DNA of 64,000 nt from Nitrospirota bacterium (lineage in GTDB: Bacteria; Nitrospirota; Nitrospiria; 2-01-FULL-66-17). Positions within the stretch are counted from its first letter, which is position 1. Each line of letters opens with the position of its first letter. The DNA lies in contig JBMOMC010000001.1 in the NCBI GenBank assembly GCA_049325335.1, forward strand, positions 96,001-160,000, in the 5' to 3' direction. Below, piece by piece: positions 52,657-62,648 of this stretch. The notes below the pieces were generated by a model. That model searched no databases. It was given only the letters and a program-made list of their open reading frames with translations, and was not told the DNA's origin. A program made the translations under genes and the position numbers.

Positions 52657-53166
52657 CTACCGGCGGGCGGTGGACGCGCCACGCGGCGCTCCGACCTTTC
52701 GCTTCACCCACTGGTCGATCACGGAGCGTTTGAGGCCGTCGAGATCGACGAATTCCACGCCCACCCCGACGGACGGCCGACCGGTGTTGCTGTATCGGTG
52801 TTGCCACACCACGCGACACGTGCATTGGACCACCGTGCGGTTGTCGGGAAGGACGAACTCCACCGGGAAGGTCGCGCCCACCGCTGGAGGATTCGCGGCG
52901 GAAAAAAAAAGCCCGCTGCGGCTGATGTTCTCCGCGTAGCCGACGAAAATTTTGTCGTAGGATTTGCCGCGTATTTCCAAGACCATCACCGGCGCGCGTT
53001 CCGCGATGCGCCGCTCAGCCCCGCCCTTGGCCGCCTTCGGCGTCGCGGCGCGACGCGTGGGCTTGGGCGCAGGTTTCGCGGACCGCGAGGAACGGCTGGT
53101 CGCGGACGCCTTACGTTTGCGTTCCCCGCCTGCGGATGACGATGTGCGCTTGGTCGATCGAGCCAC
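52657..53166 (-). CDS. PilZ domain protein with basic N-terminal tail
   Basis: ERRIAER and NISRSG c-di-GMP motifs; GVGVEF; start uncertain. Confidence 0.8.
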   Translation of the reverse strand: MARSTKRTSSSAGGERKRKASATSRSSRSAKPAPKPTRRAATPKAAKGGAERRIAERAPVMVLEIRGKSYDKIFVGYAENISRSGLFFSAANPPAVGATFPVEFVLPDNRTVVQCTCRVVWQHRYSNTGRPSVGVGVEFVDLDGLKRSVIDQWVKRKVGAPRGASTARR

Positions 53167-53225
53167 GGCGCGGCAACTATAGCAAGTCGTCGGGACCCAT
53201 GCAAGCACTCTCCCGTCGGAGATCG

Positions 53226-53705
53226 TCACGAAGGCGGAAGCGACGCGGGTTGCAGGAACGCGGTTTGCCCGATCGCCAACGAGGCCTCATCCGCGCTCCC
53301 AGGCGGGAGCAACAACGCCGAACTCGCGAAGCGCTCTGGCGTATACTCCGGACAATTCGAATCCGTGCAGGGCCCCACCCGCAGTTCCCGATCCACCACC
53401 TGCCGGGTATCGTCCAGCCACAACACATCGGCCTCGACCTGCAGGTTCTTGGACCAGATCCGCGCGCGTTCCATGTCTTCGAACACGAACCACACTCCGC
53501 GCCCGGGGGGGAAACTCGTGAGCGCCCCCAACACGAACAATCGGCGCTCCGGCGAGTCGAACCGATCGATCGTCAGCGCACCGGAAGCCGTCTTGAGGGT
53601 GAAGGTGTCCATCCGGCGAGCGGCGGGACAAAATTGGAGCAGTACCACCACCGCGAGCAGCGCGCCCGTGACGATCCAGAGCGTCTTTCTGGTGAGGCGG
53701 GCCAT
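53226..53705 (-). CDS. DUF192 family protein
   Basis: GVWFVF..IWSKN..DVLWLD..PCTDSNCPEY. Confidence 0.7.
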   Translation of the reverse strand: MARLTRKTLWIVTGALLAVVVLLQFCPAARRMDTFTLKTASGALTIDRFDSPERRLFVLGALTSFPPGRGVWFVFEDMERARIWSKNLQVEADVLWLDDTRQVVDRELRVGPCTDSNCPEYTPERFASSALLLPPGSADEASLAIGQTAFLQPASLPPS

Positions 53706-53797
53706 AAATTCTCAAGAGAGATACTGAGCGACGGGGGCCGCGACCGAAACCCGGTGGCCGAGTCGCCCTACAACACGGCGGCGCGGCGACCGACCGC

Positions 53798-54100
53798 TCA
53801 GCGTTCTTCGGCGAACGCGACGAGCGCGATGTTCCGGGCGCGCTTGATGGCCGTGGTCAACTCGCGTTGGTGGCGCGCGCAATTGCCGGACAACCGACGC
53901 GGCATAATTTTCCCGCGCTCGGTTAAATAGTTTCGCAACATGGACACGTCTTTATAATTGATGCCCGCCACCTTATCGGTGCAAAATCGACAGGCCTTAC
54001 GCCGTCCGAAAAATTTTCGCTCCGTCGGCGCACCGGCTCCTTGTTTGGCGTCCCCACCACGGGAGGACGCGGCGGACGATGTCATTGGCGCGGTTCTCAT
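53798..54100 (-). CDS. rpsR: 30S ribosomal protein S18 (Cys-containing, Zn-binding form)
   Basis: [13 protein letters not shown] and [19 protein letters not shown] motifs. Confidence 0.97.
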   Translation of the reverse strand: MRTAPMTSSAASSRGGDAKQGAGAPTERKFFGRRKACRFCTDKVAGINYKDVSMLRNYLTERGKIMPRRLSGNCARHQRELTTAIKRARNIALVAFAEER

Positions 54101-54153
54101 GGATTCTCTCTCACCCCTCTTGGCTCGTGTTCACACACCGGGCGATCGCCCGT

Positions 54154-54585
54154 TTAAAACGGCACGTCTTGGTCCGCCAATTCTTCGCTGGACGCCGCGT
54201 CGGAGGAGACCATCAGCGTCTTGCCCGCGGCCACGCTCCCGGCGCCCGCTTGATCCTGGCGTTTGGGCAGAAAATTGATCGCCTGCGCAACGACCTCGTG
54301 TTTGCTCCGTTTCTGGCCGTCGTCCGTTTCCCACCGGCGTTGTTGCAGGCGACCGTCGACAATCACCCCGTGTCCCTTGCTCAAGTACTGTCCACAGTGC
54401 TCGGCCTGTTTACCGAACACCACGATGTCCACGAAACAGACTTCCTCTTTCAGTTCCTCCCCCTGCTTATAACGGCGATTGACCGCCAGCGACAAGGTGG
54501 CGACCGGCGTGCCGCTCGGGGTATAGCGAATCTCGGGATCCTTGGTGAGATTGCCCATCAGGATCACTTTATTAAAACTGGCCAT
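54154..54585 (-). CDS. ssb: single-stranded DNA-binding protein
   Basis: FNKVILMGNLTKDPEIRYT; C-terminal DVPF. Confidence 0.97.
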   Translation of the reverse strand: MASFNKVILMGNLTKDPEIRYTPSGTPVATLSLAVNRRYKQGEELKEEVCFVDIVVFGKQAEHCGQYLSKGHGVIVDGRLQQRRWETDDGQKRSKHEVVAQAINFLPKRQDQAGAGSVAAGKTLMVSSDAASSEELADQDVPF

Positions 54586-54624
54586 ACACGCTCCTCTAGA
54601 CCGCGATGATCCGTGGTGGCGACG

Positions 54625-55011
54625 TTAGGCGGACTCCGCCGACGGGGATGCCGCCACCGCAACCGGCGTTGCGGCCCCGGTATGCGTCGCCGCGGCTTCA
54701 CGCGCGAGTTCCTCGGCCAACACCTTGGGATCACACTTGATGGTCAAAAACTTGATCACGGCGTCTTCCACACGGTACTGGCGCTCCAACTCCGACACCA
54801 ATCCCCCGGGGCCGCGGAACCGAAAAAAGACGTACGCGCCCTTTTTCTCTTTGCGCACTTCGTACGCCAGCTTCTTCTTCCCCCAGTTTTCGGTTTTGAG
54901 GATCTCGCCGCCGTGTTTTTCGATCACGCCGCGCATCTTCCCCACCAGACTGGACAACTCCTCGTCGGTCAGGGAGGTCTTGACGATAAAAATGGTCTCA
55001 TAGACCGTCAT
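54625..55011 (-). CDS. rpsF: 30S ribosomal protein S6
   Basis: YETIFIV and WGKKKLAYEV..GAY motifs. Confidence 0.96.
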   Translation of the reverse strand: MTVYETIFIVKTSLTDEELSSLVGKMRGVIEKHGGEILKTENWGKKKLAYEVRKEKKGAYVFFRFRGPGGLVSELERQYRVEDAVIKFLTIKCDPKVLAEELAREAAATHTGAATPVAVAASPSAESA

Positions 55012-55020
55012 ACGATGGGA

Positions 55021-55064
55021 CTCCTTCCGGCTCTAAAGCCCTCGCACCAGGGCGAGAGCAAGGA
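55021..55064 (-). promoter_or_regulatory. structured rpsF leader (candidate S6:S18 autoregulatory element)
   Basis: minus strand TCCTT-GCTCT-CGC..GCGAG..AGAGC-CGG-AAGGAG can pair over the RBS. Confidence 0.5.
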
Positions 55065-55220
55065 CCGCGCTTTATAGCACAGGGCCCGACGAGAAAGCAA
55101 GGCGTGTTGGTCGGACCGGGCTGACGTCCGCAGTCTCCGGTCCCTTGATCGGGTCGAACCCATTCTGCTACAGTGCCCCGCCATGCACCATCACTCAATG
55201 TATTCCTATTTGGAATATCC

Positions 55221-55868
55221 ATGACCCGCGCGATCTCCGCCTGGATCGGAGTGGACGAGTCCGGCAAAGGGGACTACTTCGGGCCGTTGGTGATCGCCGC
55301 GGTCTGCGTAGACGAAGAGACCGCGGGCATGCTGCGGGGCTCCGGCGTGCGCGACAGCAAGACACTGTCGGATCGCACCATCGAGGATCTGGCCAAAGAA
55401 ATCGAAGGGTTGTGCCGAGCCAGCGTGGTGGCGATCGGCCCGGCAAAGTACAACGAACTGTATGAGAAGTTCCGCAACCTCAATCGACTCTTGGGGTGGG
55501 GCCACGCGAGGGCCATCGAAAACGTACTGGAAGCCGGGTGTCCCGCGACACGCGCCATCAGCGATCAGTTCGGCGACGAACGATTTATCACGAGCGCGTT
55601 GATGGACAAGGGCCGGACTATCCAATTGACGCAACGCCCGCGCGCCGAAGAAGACGTGGCGGTGGCCGCGGCCTCGATCATGGCGCGGGCCGAGTTCGTC
55701 AGGCGTCTGGACCGCCTCTCGGATGAGGCCGGACTCGTGTTGCCCAAGGGCGCGTCCAATCTCGTGGATGCCGCGGCCAAGCGGTTGGTCCGCGCGAAAG
55801 GGAAAGAGGCGCTTGCCCTGTTCGCCAAGGTGCACTTTAAGACCACCGCCAAAGTGCTCGCGGGATGA
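55221..55868 (+). CDS. rnhC: ribonuclease HIII (catalytic domain only)
   Basis: IGVDESGKGDYFGPLV, VRDSK, ISDQF, AE..VAVAAASIMAR, LPKGAS and AKVHFKT motifs. Confidence 0.88.
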   Translation: MTRAISAWIGVDESGKGDYFGPLVIAAVCVDEETAGMLRGSGVRDSKTLSDRTIEDLAKEIEGLCRASVVAIGPAKYNELYEKFRNLNRLLGWGHARAIENVLEAGCPATRAISDQFGDERFITSALMDKGRTIQLTQRPRAEEDVAVAAASIMARAEFVRRLDRLSDEAGLVLPKGASNLVDAAAKRLVRAKGKEALALFAKVHFKTTAKVLAG

Positions 55869-55908
55869 CGGGGACGACGCGCTTACGTATAATGCTAATG
55901 CCGCGCCG

Positions 55909-56766
55909 ATGGTGACTCCGCGACGCAAACTCCCTGACCCCGCGACGCACGTGGAGCAGGTCAAAGCCTTCTACGCCAACATCGCGGGGCTCAACCTCGC
56001 GCAGTTCCCGTACTTCGTCCGAATCTATCAACTCTTCGACGCCTGCCAGCGCGAAATCTTCGAATGGGGACGTCACGGCGGGCCGTACGAGTCCGTGTTG
56101 GACGTCGGGTGCGGGGAGGGCTACCACACGTTGTACGCCGCGCGCTTCGCCAAACAGGTCACGGGTTTGGACGTCTCGCCGGATGCGCTCGCGCTGGCCG
56201 AGCAGCGGGCCCGCCGCGAACGCGTGAGCAACGTCCGCTTCGTGTGTTCGGACCTCACCAGCCCGCCGCTGCAGGATGCCTCGTTCGACTGCGTGATCGC
56301 GTACGGCGACGTGATCGGCCACATCCCGGAGTACGACGCCGCGCTCGCGCAACTCTCCCGCCTCTGTAAACCCGGCGCGCTGATGGTGCTGGATTACGAC
56401 AACAAATACCACCCCGGCCTGCTCTGGGACGCGGAGGAGCGGCGTCTCGCGCGGGAGACCCCGGATATCGGCCACACACACGCCTGGTCGTTTCGCGGAC
56501 GCGAACTCGCATTCAACACGTTCGGCCGCCGGGAAATGCGCGAGCTGCTCGCGCGCCACGGATTCGCGTTGGAACACGTCTACGGGTTCGATTTTTTTTC
56601 GTTCGTGATCCCGCGTCCCGAGCGCTACCAGTTCTCCGATCACATCGGACCGGGCGAACGCGCGGTGATGGCGCTCAACCGGCTGGACCTGGCCTGGCGG
56701 AATTGGTGGCCGGTCAACCGGTGGGCCTACACGCAGATCGGATTTGCGCGGAAAACCGCGGGATAA
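55909..56766 (+). CDS. class I SAM-dependent methyltransferase
   Basis: VLDVGCGEG, GLDVS, ASFDCV and LCKPGA motifs; TATAAT at 55888-55893. Confidence 0.85.
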   Translation: MVTPRRKLPDPATHVEQVKAFYANIAGLNLAQFPYFVRIYQLFDACQREIFEWGRHGGPYESVLDVGCGEGYHTLYAARFAKQVTGLDVSPDALALAEQRARRERVSNVRFVCSDLTSPPLQDASFDCVIAYGDVIGHIPEYDAALAQLSRLCKPGALMVLDYDNKYHPGLLWDAEERRLARETPDIGHTHAWSFRGRELAFNTFGRREMRELLARHGFALEHVYGFDFFSFVIPRPERYQFSDHIGPGERAVMALNRLDLAWRNWWPVNRWAYTQIGFARKTAG

Positions 56767-56780
56767 CCCTGCGAACGCCG

Positions 56781-57347
56781 CTAGGCCGCTCGGCGTTCGC
56801 GCTGGAGCGCCATCTGGCGCTTGAGCGCGTATTTGACCAAATGGTCGCGCTGGGATTCCTTGATGTCGCGAAACGCCACGCCGACGTCCAGAATATTGGA
56901 CTCGGTTTCCCCCTTCGCGGGACGGACTTGCACCACCTCACCTTTGACGAAGAGGTTGTGGAACGGGACCACCGGCAACACCACGTCCACCTCGATGAGG
57001 TTGCCGGCCTCCACCACCTGCGCCGTTAACAATCGCATCCCACCGCCGCTGACTTCAGACATCACGCCCGCGTGTGGAAACAGATCCGGACGGGACTCGG
57101 ACATCAAGTGTTTCACGATGAAACTGACCTTCCAATCCAGGTTCAGGAGCATGTCCATGAGTTCGGGGTGACCCGACCCATCATGGCTACCCCGCTCGCG
57201 CACTTCCGTCGGTTTCATCATCGGGAGGGACCACAACCAGTCCCGTCCCGCCGCAAGCGGCGCCGTCCCGGCCCCGCCCAACACGCGAAACGCCACCGGG
57301 CAATCCGCGGGGACCCGGACGTATTCTCGTCGTTCCGCCCCGGACAC
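56781..57347 (-). CDS. PilZ domain protein
   Basis: ERREYVR and EVSGGG motifs; VGVAF. Confidence 0.8.
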   Translation of the reverse strand: MSGAERREYVRVPADCPVAFRVLGGAGTAPLAAGRDWLWSLPMMKPTEVRERGSHDGSGHPELMDMLLNLDWKVSFIVKHLMSESRPDLFPHAGVMSEVSGGGMRLLTAQVVEAGNLIEVDVVLPVVPFHNLFVKGEVVQVRPAKGETESNILDVGVAFRDIKESQRDHLVKYALKRQMALQRERRAA

Positions 57348-57396
57348 GGCTACCCCCCGATCCTCAACGCGGAGCGCGTCTCCATCGATCCGCGGC

Positions 57397-58026
57397 TTAC
57401 GCCCCGACCGCCGTAATACGGCCCTGGAGATCGCGCTTCCACGCGGCCACCAGTTGCGCCCATTCCCCGTGGATGGCGGCGGAAAATCCCGCGGAGTCTC
57501 GCGTTTCGATCGCCTGCGCGGCGGCGCGCAACACGGCCGCGCACGCCCCCACGCGGGGATTCACCGGATCGTTCGATACGGCGTTCCCGTGCCCGGCCAG
57601 ATGATCCCAATACAGCAGCGAGCTATTGACGATGCCGATGGACTGCACGGCCCGCTTGGCGCCGTCGCCGACCGACCGAAATCGTTCGGCCGCCTCGCGA
57701 ACGCGCCCGTTCACGAACAGCGTGGCGGCTTCCGCGCTGTCCGCGTCCAGTTGATCCAATGTCGCCCGCAGCGTTTCGCCCTGCTGGGACAAAAAGGCGC
57801 GAAACGGCGTGGCCGTCACCGCGATGGCCCGGATCTGATCCGCCGCCATGTTCGCCCAGCGCTCCTCGTCGGCGCCGTCCAGCACCCGGCCGTTCATGGT
57901 GATTTCCGTGACGACCAGGCGGGCCGCCTCGGTGGTCGCGTAGATCACGTTCAAGATGTCTTGTAATGTCGTGGCCTGCCGCCCGACGCCGTCGCTGATC
58001 GGCGCCCCGTTTACCGTAATGTCCAT
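57397..58026 (-). CDS. hypothetical protein in the flagellar cluster
   Basis: AAGGAGG RBS before MDITVNG; helical C-terminus; an in-frame upstream extension from 58251 is possible. Confidence 0.6.
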   Translation of the reverse strand: MDITVNGAPISDGVGRQATTLQDILNVIYATTEAARLVVTEITMNGRVLDGADEERWANMAADQIRAIAVTATPFRAFLSQQGETLRATLDQLDADSAEAATLFVNGRVREAAERFRSVGDGAKRAVQSIGIVNSSLLYWDHLAGHGNAVSNDPVNPRVGACAAVLRAAAQAIETRDSAGFSAAIHGEWAQLVAAWKRDLQGRITAVGA

Positions 58027-58271
58027 GCTTCCCTCCTTGGTCGTCATGTCCTGCGCATACCGATCAACCCCGCCGGGCTTCGGCGGCACGGTGGTCGGCC
58101 CTTCATCCGACGGCGCGCGGTCCTGCGGACCGTGCGCGGGGTCGGGACGCCGCCGTCGTTTGGGACGCGGATTCTGGCGCGGGTCGGGATGTTGTTGCAC
58201 CGGCCGCGACCGGCCGATGGGATCAGGCGCGTGCGGAGCGGTCGATGACATCGCGGCGGCACCGACCTCGG

Positions 58272-58616
58272 TTATCCCGTCGACGCGTCGGAGCGATCCG
58301 CATACGCTTCCAACGCGTGCCGTTGGTCCGCGGCCGCGGCGCTGATCGTGGTCATACGCGCCCGGACCAAGTCGGTCACCACGCGCTCCACCGCGAGAAT
58401 GTGGCGGATCAGCACGGTCTCCTCCGCGAGGTCTCGGTCGCCGGGATTCCGCTCCCCGCCGGCGTGTAAGCCGTCCACGACGGACTGCCGCCGGTCCAGG
58501 CACGCCTCGAACCCCTCCCAATCATCGCCCGACAAGGCCCGGACCAGTTGTTCGGACTCAGCCAACAGTCGTGCGTACGCCGACGGCGTCCGGTCCGCCA
58601 CGTCAGGCCTTTCCAT
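58272..58616 (-). CDS. FliT-like flagellar chaperone
   Basis: follows fliS; DDWEGFEACLDRRQ helix pattern. Confidence 0.6.
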   Translation of the reverse strand: MERPDVADRTPSAYARLLAESEQLVRALSGDDWEGFEACLDRRQSVVDGLHAGGERNPGDRDLAEETVLIRHILAVERVVTDLVRARMTTISAAAADQRHALEAYADRSDASTG

Positions 58617-59073
58617 AGCTGATGGGATCGCGCGCCGGCGGGTCCGCCGACGGGACGGGCGGAAGCTGCGGCATCGGTGCCGTCGGGTTCGATTCGATCG
58701 TCGCCCACGCTTCCCGCAACTCACCCAGTAATCGCGACACCTCGTGTACGACGTCTTCGCGGTCGTGCAACGTCGCGTCCAAGAGGCGATTAGACATGTA
58801 GCTGTATAACGCTTCGAGGTTCGACGCGATTTCCCCACCGACTTCAAGATCCAAGCTCGCGATCAACTCATCGAAGATCGCGATGGCTTGGCCGATCCTC
58901 TCGCCTTTTTCGGCCACGCGGTGTTCCCGCATACACGCCCCGGCTAACCGCACGGCCTTGAGCGCGCCGTCCATCAACATCAGGATCAACTGGTGTCGGC
59001 TCGCGGTTTGCACCGCGGTTTCCAAACTCACAGTGGTGTAGGCGCTGACCGCACGCGAGGCGTCATAACTCAT
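58603..59073 (-). CDS. fliS: flagellar export chaperone FliS
   Basis: LILMLMDGA, GGEIASNLEALYSYM and LREAW motifs. Confidence 0.95.
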   Translation of the reverse strand: MSYDASRAVSAYTTVSLETAVQTASRHQLILMLMDGALKAVRLAGACMREHRVAEKGERIGQAIAIFDELIASLDLEVGGEIASNLEALYSYMSNRLLDATLHDREDVVHEVSRLLGELREAWATIESNPTAPMPQLPPVPSADPPARDPISYGKA

Positions 59074-59092
59074 GTGGCGCTCCCCTCCCTGG

Positions 59093-60520
59093 TCATGAAC
59101 CGTTCCCGCCGGTGATCGAGGACAGCGCGGACAGTTGTTGCGACAGAAAATCCCCGCTCTGCTGGAGTTGCCCCATCGCTTTCTCCAGCGCGATGAACCG
59201 CGCTTGATACGTTTTTTCCAATGTCGCCAGGCGACGGTTCAACGCGTCGATTTGCGCCTGTGTGCGTTTGACCGAGGCCCGCAGCCCGTCGGTCCGCGCG
59301 GGAATCATCGTGGTAATGAAATTTTTGGTCACGTCCTCCATGGCCTCAGCCATACCGTTGAACGTGTCCAGCACGCCTTGCGCATTGGTGTCGAGCGCGC
59401 CCTCCAGCACCTTGGTATCCAGGGTCAACACGCCCGAACGGTTGTGACTGAGGCCGAACCGAGCAGGCGTACTGCCGCTGTAGGACGTGGTGATGCCGGA
59501 GCGGAGGCTGTTGAGGATACCCCGCGCGGTGCTGTCGCCCGTCAACAGCACTTTTTTCCCGTCTTCAGGGACCGACAAACTCCTGGCCAACCCGGCCACC
59601 GAGTTGTACGCGCCCACGAACTCGTTGACGTTTTTGACAATCGCGCTCTTGTCCTTGGCCACGGTCAACGTGAGGGTGCTGCCCGAGGAGCCCTTGAGCA
59701 ACGTCAACGTCACGAAGGGAATCACGTCCGCAATGGTGTTGGACGATCGCGTCACGGTGAGGCCGTTGACCACCAACGAGGCATCCACCGCGGCCTGCGA
59801 CTGGGTCAGATTCGCGGTCCCGCCCGTCACCGCGCCGGCGGCGTTATACGTGGCATTTAACGCCAAGCGCGACAGCCCCGTGGTATCGGTTTCGGCCGTC
59901 GCCTCTTCAAAATTTCCATCGTGGTCTTCGTCCACCTTCACGACGAGCCGATTCGAGGCGCCCGTAGTGTTCACCGCCAGCGTGAGACGGTAGTTGGATC
60001 CGTCGTTGACCACCGCCGCGGTCACGCCGATTCCCGCGTTGTTGATCGCGTCTTTGATCCCGGTCAACGAGTTGTTGGTCGAGTTGATCGTAATATCCAC
60101 CGCGGTGCCGGTCCCCACTTGCAACCGGAGCGTTTGCACGGCATTGACGCTCAGATCCGCCACTTCGGCCGTGTCCGTCGCAAAGGTCGTGGAGTACAGG
60201 CTTTGGGCCGTGGCGATATTGGTGACGTTGATGCTGTGATTGGTCGGGGTCGCGGACGCGGTGGCGCTCGCCGTGAACACCGAGGCATCCGACGAACTCG
60301 CCGACATCTTGAGCAACGAATCGTCTTTGAGCGACGCCAACGCGGTCTTGAGCTTGGACAACGTGTCGAGCAATCCGCCATACGAGCTGATCTTGGCTTG
60401 ATCGGAGGCCTTGCGCGTGGTCAAACCCTGCAGCGGCTGCTGTTCCACCGCAACCAGTTTGGAGATGATCTCCTGGGTGTTGAACCCCGTGAACAACCCG
60501 GTGGGCGTGGTCAGCGGCAT
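59093..60520 (-). CDS. fliD: flagellar filament cap protein
   Basis: IISKLVAVE, IATAQ, AINNAG..V.A..VNDG, RSSNTIADVIP.VTLTL and RFIALEK motifs. Confidence 0.94.
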   Translation of the reverse strand: MPLTTPTGLFTGFNTQEIISKLVAVEQQPLQGLTTRKASDQAKISSYGGLLDTLSKLKTALASLKDDSLLKMSASSSDASVFTASATASATPTNHSINVTNIATAQSLYSTTFATDTAEVADLSVNAVQTLRLQVGTGTAVDITINSTNNSLTGIKDAINNAGIGVTAAVVNDGSNYRLTLAVNTTGASNRLVVKVDEDHDGNFEEATAETDTTGLSRLALNATYNAAGAVTGGTANLTQSQAAVDASLVVNGLTVTRSSNTIADVIPFVTLTLLKGSSGSTLTLTVAKDKSAIVKNVNEFVGAYNSVAGLARSLSVPEDGKKVLLTGDSTARGILNSLRSGITTSYSGSTPARFGLSHNRSGVLTLDTKVLEGALDTNAQGVLDTFNGMAEAMEDVTKNFITTMIPARTDGLRASVKRTQAQIDALNRRLATLEKTYQARFIALEKAMGQLQQSGDFLSQQLSALSSITGGNGS

Positions 60521-60521
60521 G

Positions 60522-60857
60522 TCACGCCCTGCGATCCAAGAGTCCCTGCGTCTGTTCCACGATCGCCCTCATGGCTTGCAACTGTTCGGCAGCGGGAATC
60601 TGCGCAATCGGATTCCCCTCACGGTCAACGATGCGAATGACGACCCGCCCATCCCCGTCAACAGCAAAAAACGCGGATCGCGCGGGACGGATCTCGACAG
60701 CGGGACCGGGATCAACCGGCACGGCTGCCCGCGGCTCGGTCGGCTCCGGCGCTGGACGCCGGCTCTTCTCCGTGGGAGCCGTGGACTTCTCTCGAATGTC
60801 GGCGGCCGGACGGGGTGTGACCCCAGCCGGACGCCAGCCGAACAGTCGAATTTCCAT
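60522..60857 (-). CDS. flaG: FlaG family flagellar protein
   Basis: VVIRIVD..G..IAQIP; ends GLLDRRA; lies between fliC and fliD. Confidence 0.75.
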   Translation of the reverse strand: MEIRLFGWRPAGVTPRPAADIREKSTAPTEKSRRPAPEPTEPRAAVPVDPGPAVEIRPARSAFFAVDGDGRVVIRIVDREGNPIAQIPAAEQLQAMRAIVEQTQGLLDRRA

Positions 60858-60884
60858 AGCTCGGTACTCTCTTTTAATGAAGGC

Positions 60885-60912
60885 GCGGGTGGGGGCGATC
60901 GCCCCCACCCGC
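60885..60912. terminator. perfect 28-bp palindrome after fliC
   Basis: GCGGGTGGGGGCGATCGCCCCCACCCGC; no U tract on the minus strand. Confidence 0.5.
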
Positions 60913-60928
60913 CGGCCTTCCCTGACCG

Positions 60929-62470
60929 TTATCCGAGATTCTGTAACAGCGCCAACACGCTTTGCGGTTGCGAATTAGCCTGCGCCAAAATCGTGGTGCC
61001 CGCCTGTTGCAAGATCAACGTCTTGGTGAAGTTGGTCGTCTCCACCGCGAAATCCGCGTCCAATGTTCTGGACCGGGCTTGTGTCAGATTCAACCGGGTG
61101 CCTTCGATGTTCCGGATAGTGGATTCAAACCGGTTCAGTTTGGCGCCCAATTTCGCTTTCTCGGCCACGAACGTCTCCAGGCTCTGCTTGGCCGCCAAGA
61201 TCGCGATGTTGGAGTTGGCTACGTTGTTGACCGTGACGCTGTTGAGTGATTGGGCCGTCAACGACACGCTCGTCGCAGTCGTTGAGATGCCGAACGCGGA
61301 GAGCGTTGCGCTGCCGTCTGCGGTCACGGACGTGGTATTCAACCCCGCGTTGAAAATAATCTTGCCGTTGGCACCGGCCGCAACCGACATCACCGCCGAG
61401 CTGAGCACCCCGCTGATGATCGTGCCGCCGGACACCGCGGAATTGAGTGAGGCGGAAATCCCGGCGCCGTTGGTGTTGGCCAGCACGATGCGGGTGGTTG
61501 AGTCGATGGCCGACATGACCGCGCCCACCGAGCTGATGCCATACGCCGACACGCCCGTGGTCGTGGATTTGTTGTTGATCGCCGTGATCATATTCACGAT
61601 CGCGGCCGACGCGGCCGAACTGTTCGAGAAGCTGCCGACCTGCACCCCGTTGATGGTCAAGAAGCCCGGATCAATCGACGACGCGGTGGACGACACGTCC
61701 GCGGTTGCGATGGTCATGGCCGCCGACGCCCCGACCAGTGCGTTGCCGAAGCCGAACGCGGTCACGCTGTGGCTCGCGGTGTATTGATTGATGCGGTTAA
61801 TCAGGTTCAGGCTGTTGTTCTTGTAGTCCGTCGCCGTGGAAATGGCATCGCCGAGGTCCACGCCGCCCAAGCTCGCGCTGGCGCCCAAGCCCGCTGAGTT
61901 GTACGTCATGAACCCTGAGGCCGCCACGTCCGAAGCGCCCAGCGATGAGGAATACGAGGTCGACACACCCATGGTGGTCGGCGACACGTTGGTCGTGGAC
62001 ACGTTGATGGTCTCTTTGACTTCCACGCCGACCTGGATGTCGATGCTGAACTGCTGGTTCAAGAACTGTTCCCCATTGTACCGGGTCTGCGTCACGATAC
62101 GGTTCAACTCAGCCACCAGTTCCGTGACTTCCTGGTTCAACGAATCCCGGTCCGCCGAGGTGTTGTAGCTGGCGGACTGCTCGGCCAGCTCATAAATACG
62201 CTGCACGGCCGTGATCATTTCATCCATCGCGGCTTCCGCGGTCTGCGCCACCGAGATCCCGTCGTTGGCGTTTCGCATGGCCACGCTGAGGCCGGTGATG
62301 CTTCGCGTCATCCGGGTGGCGATAGCCAGACCCGCGGCGTCGTCCTTGGCGGAGTTAATCCGCAGGCCGGACGAGAGGCGCTGCATGGCTGTCTGCAACG
62401 GCGACTCGGTTTTGCGCAGGTTCTTCTGCGCATTCAGTGCCGCGATGTTCGTGTTAATGGTCATACCCAT
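60929..62470 (-). CDS. fliC: flagellin
   Basis: INTNIAALNAQ, RLSSGLRINSAKDDAAGLAI; C-terminal DADFA..ILQQAG..LAQAN. Confidence 0.98.
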   Translation of the reverse strand: MGMTINTNIAALNAQKNLRKTESPLQTAMQRLSSGLRINSAKDDAAGLAIATRMTRSITGLSVAMRNANDGISVAQTAEAAMDEMITAVQRIYELAEQSASYNTSADRDSLNQEVTELVAELNRIVTQTRYNGEQFLNQQFSIDIQVGVEVKETINVSTTNVSPTTMGVSTSYSSSLGASDVAASGFMTYNSAGLGASASLGGVDLGDAISTATDYKNNSLNLINRINQYTASHSVTAFGFGNALVGASAAMTIATADVSSTASSIDPGFLTINGVQVGSFSNSSAASAAIVNMITAINNKSTTTGVSAYGISSVGAVMSAIDSTTRIVLANTNGAGISASLNSAVSGGTIISGVLSSAVMSVAAGANGKIIFNAGLNTTSVTADGSATLSAFGISTTATSVSLTAQSLNSVTVNNVANSNIAILAAKQSLETFVAEKAKLGAKLNRFESTIRNIEGTRLNLTQARSRTLDADFAVETTNFTKTLILQQAGTTILAQANSQPQSVLALLQNLG

Positions 62471-62572
62471 GTGCCGATCCTCCTTGAGAGAGAGTACCCG
62501 TCATCCCGCCAGGCTCTCACGCCCTTGCGACCGGGACGCTGCACCGCCACCGGCGGCGCCTTCTACCTCGCT

Positions 62573-62599
62573 TTATCGGAAGATCCGGCCGGAACTTTA
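62573..62599 (-). promoter_or_regulatory. sigma28 (FliA) promoter of fliC
   Basis: minus strand TAAA-N15-TCCGATAA (TAAAGTT..CCGATAA). Confidence 0.85.
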
Positions 62600-62648
62600 A
62601 CCCCCTGATATTGTTGCCATCCGAGGCCGCCCAACCGCGGCGCGGCCA

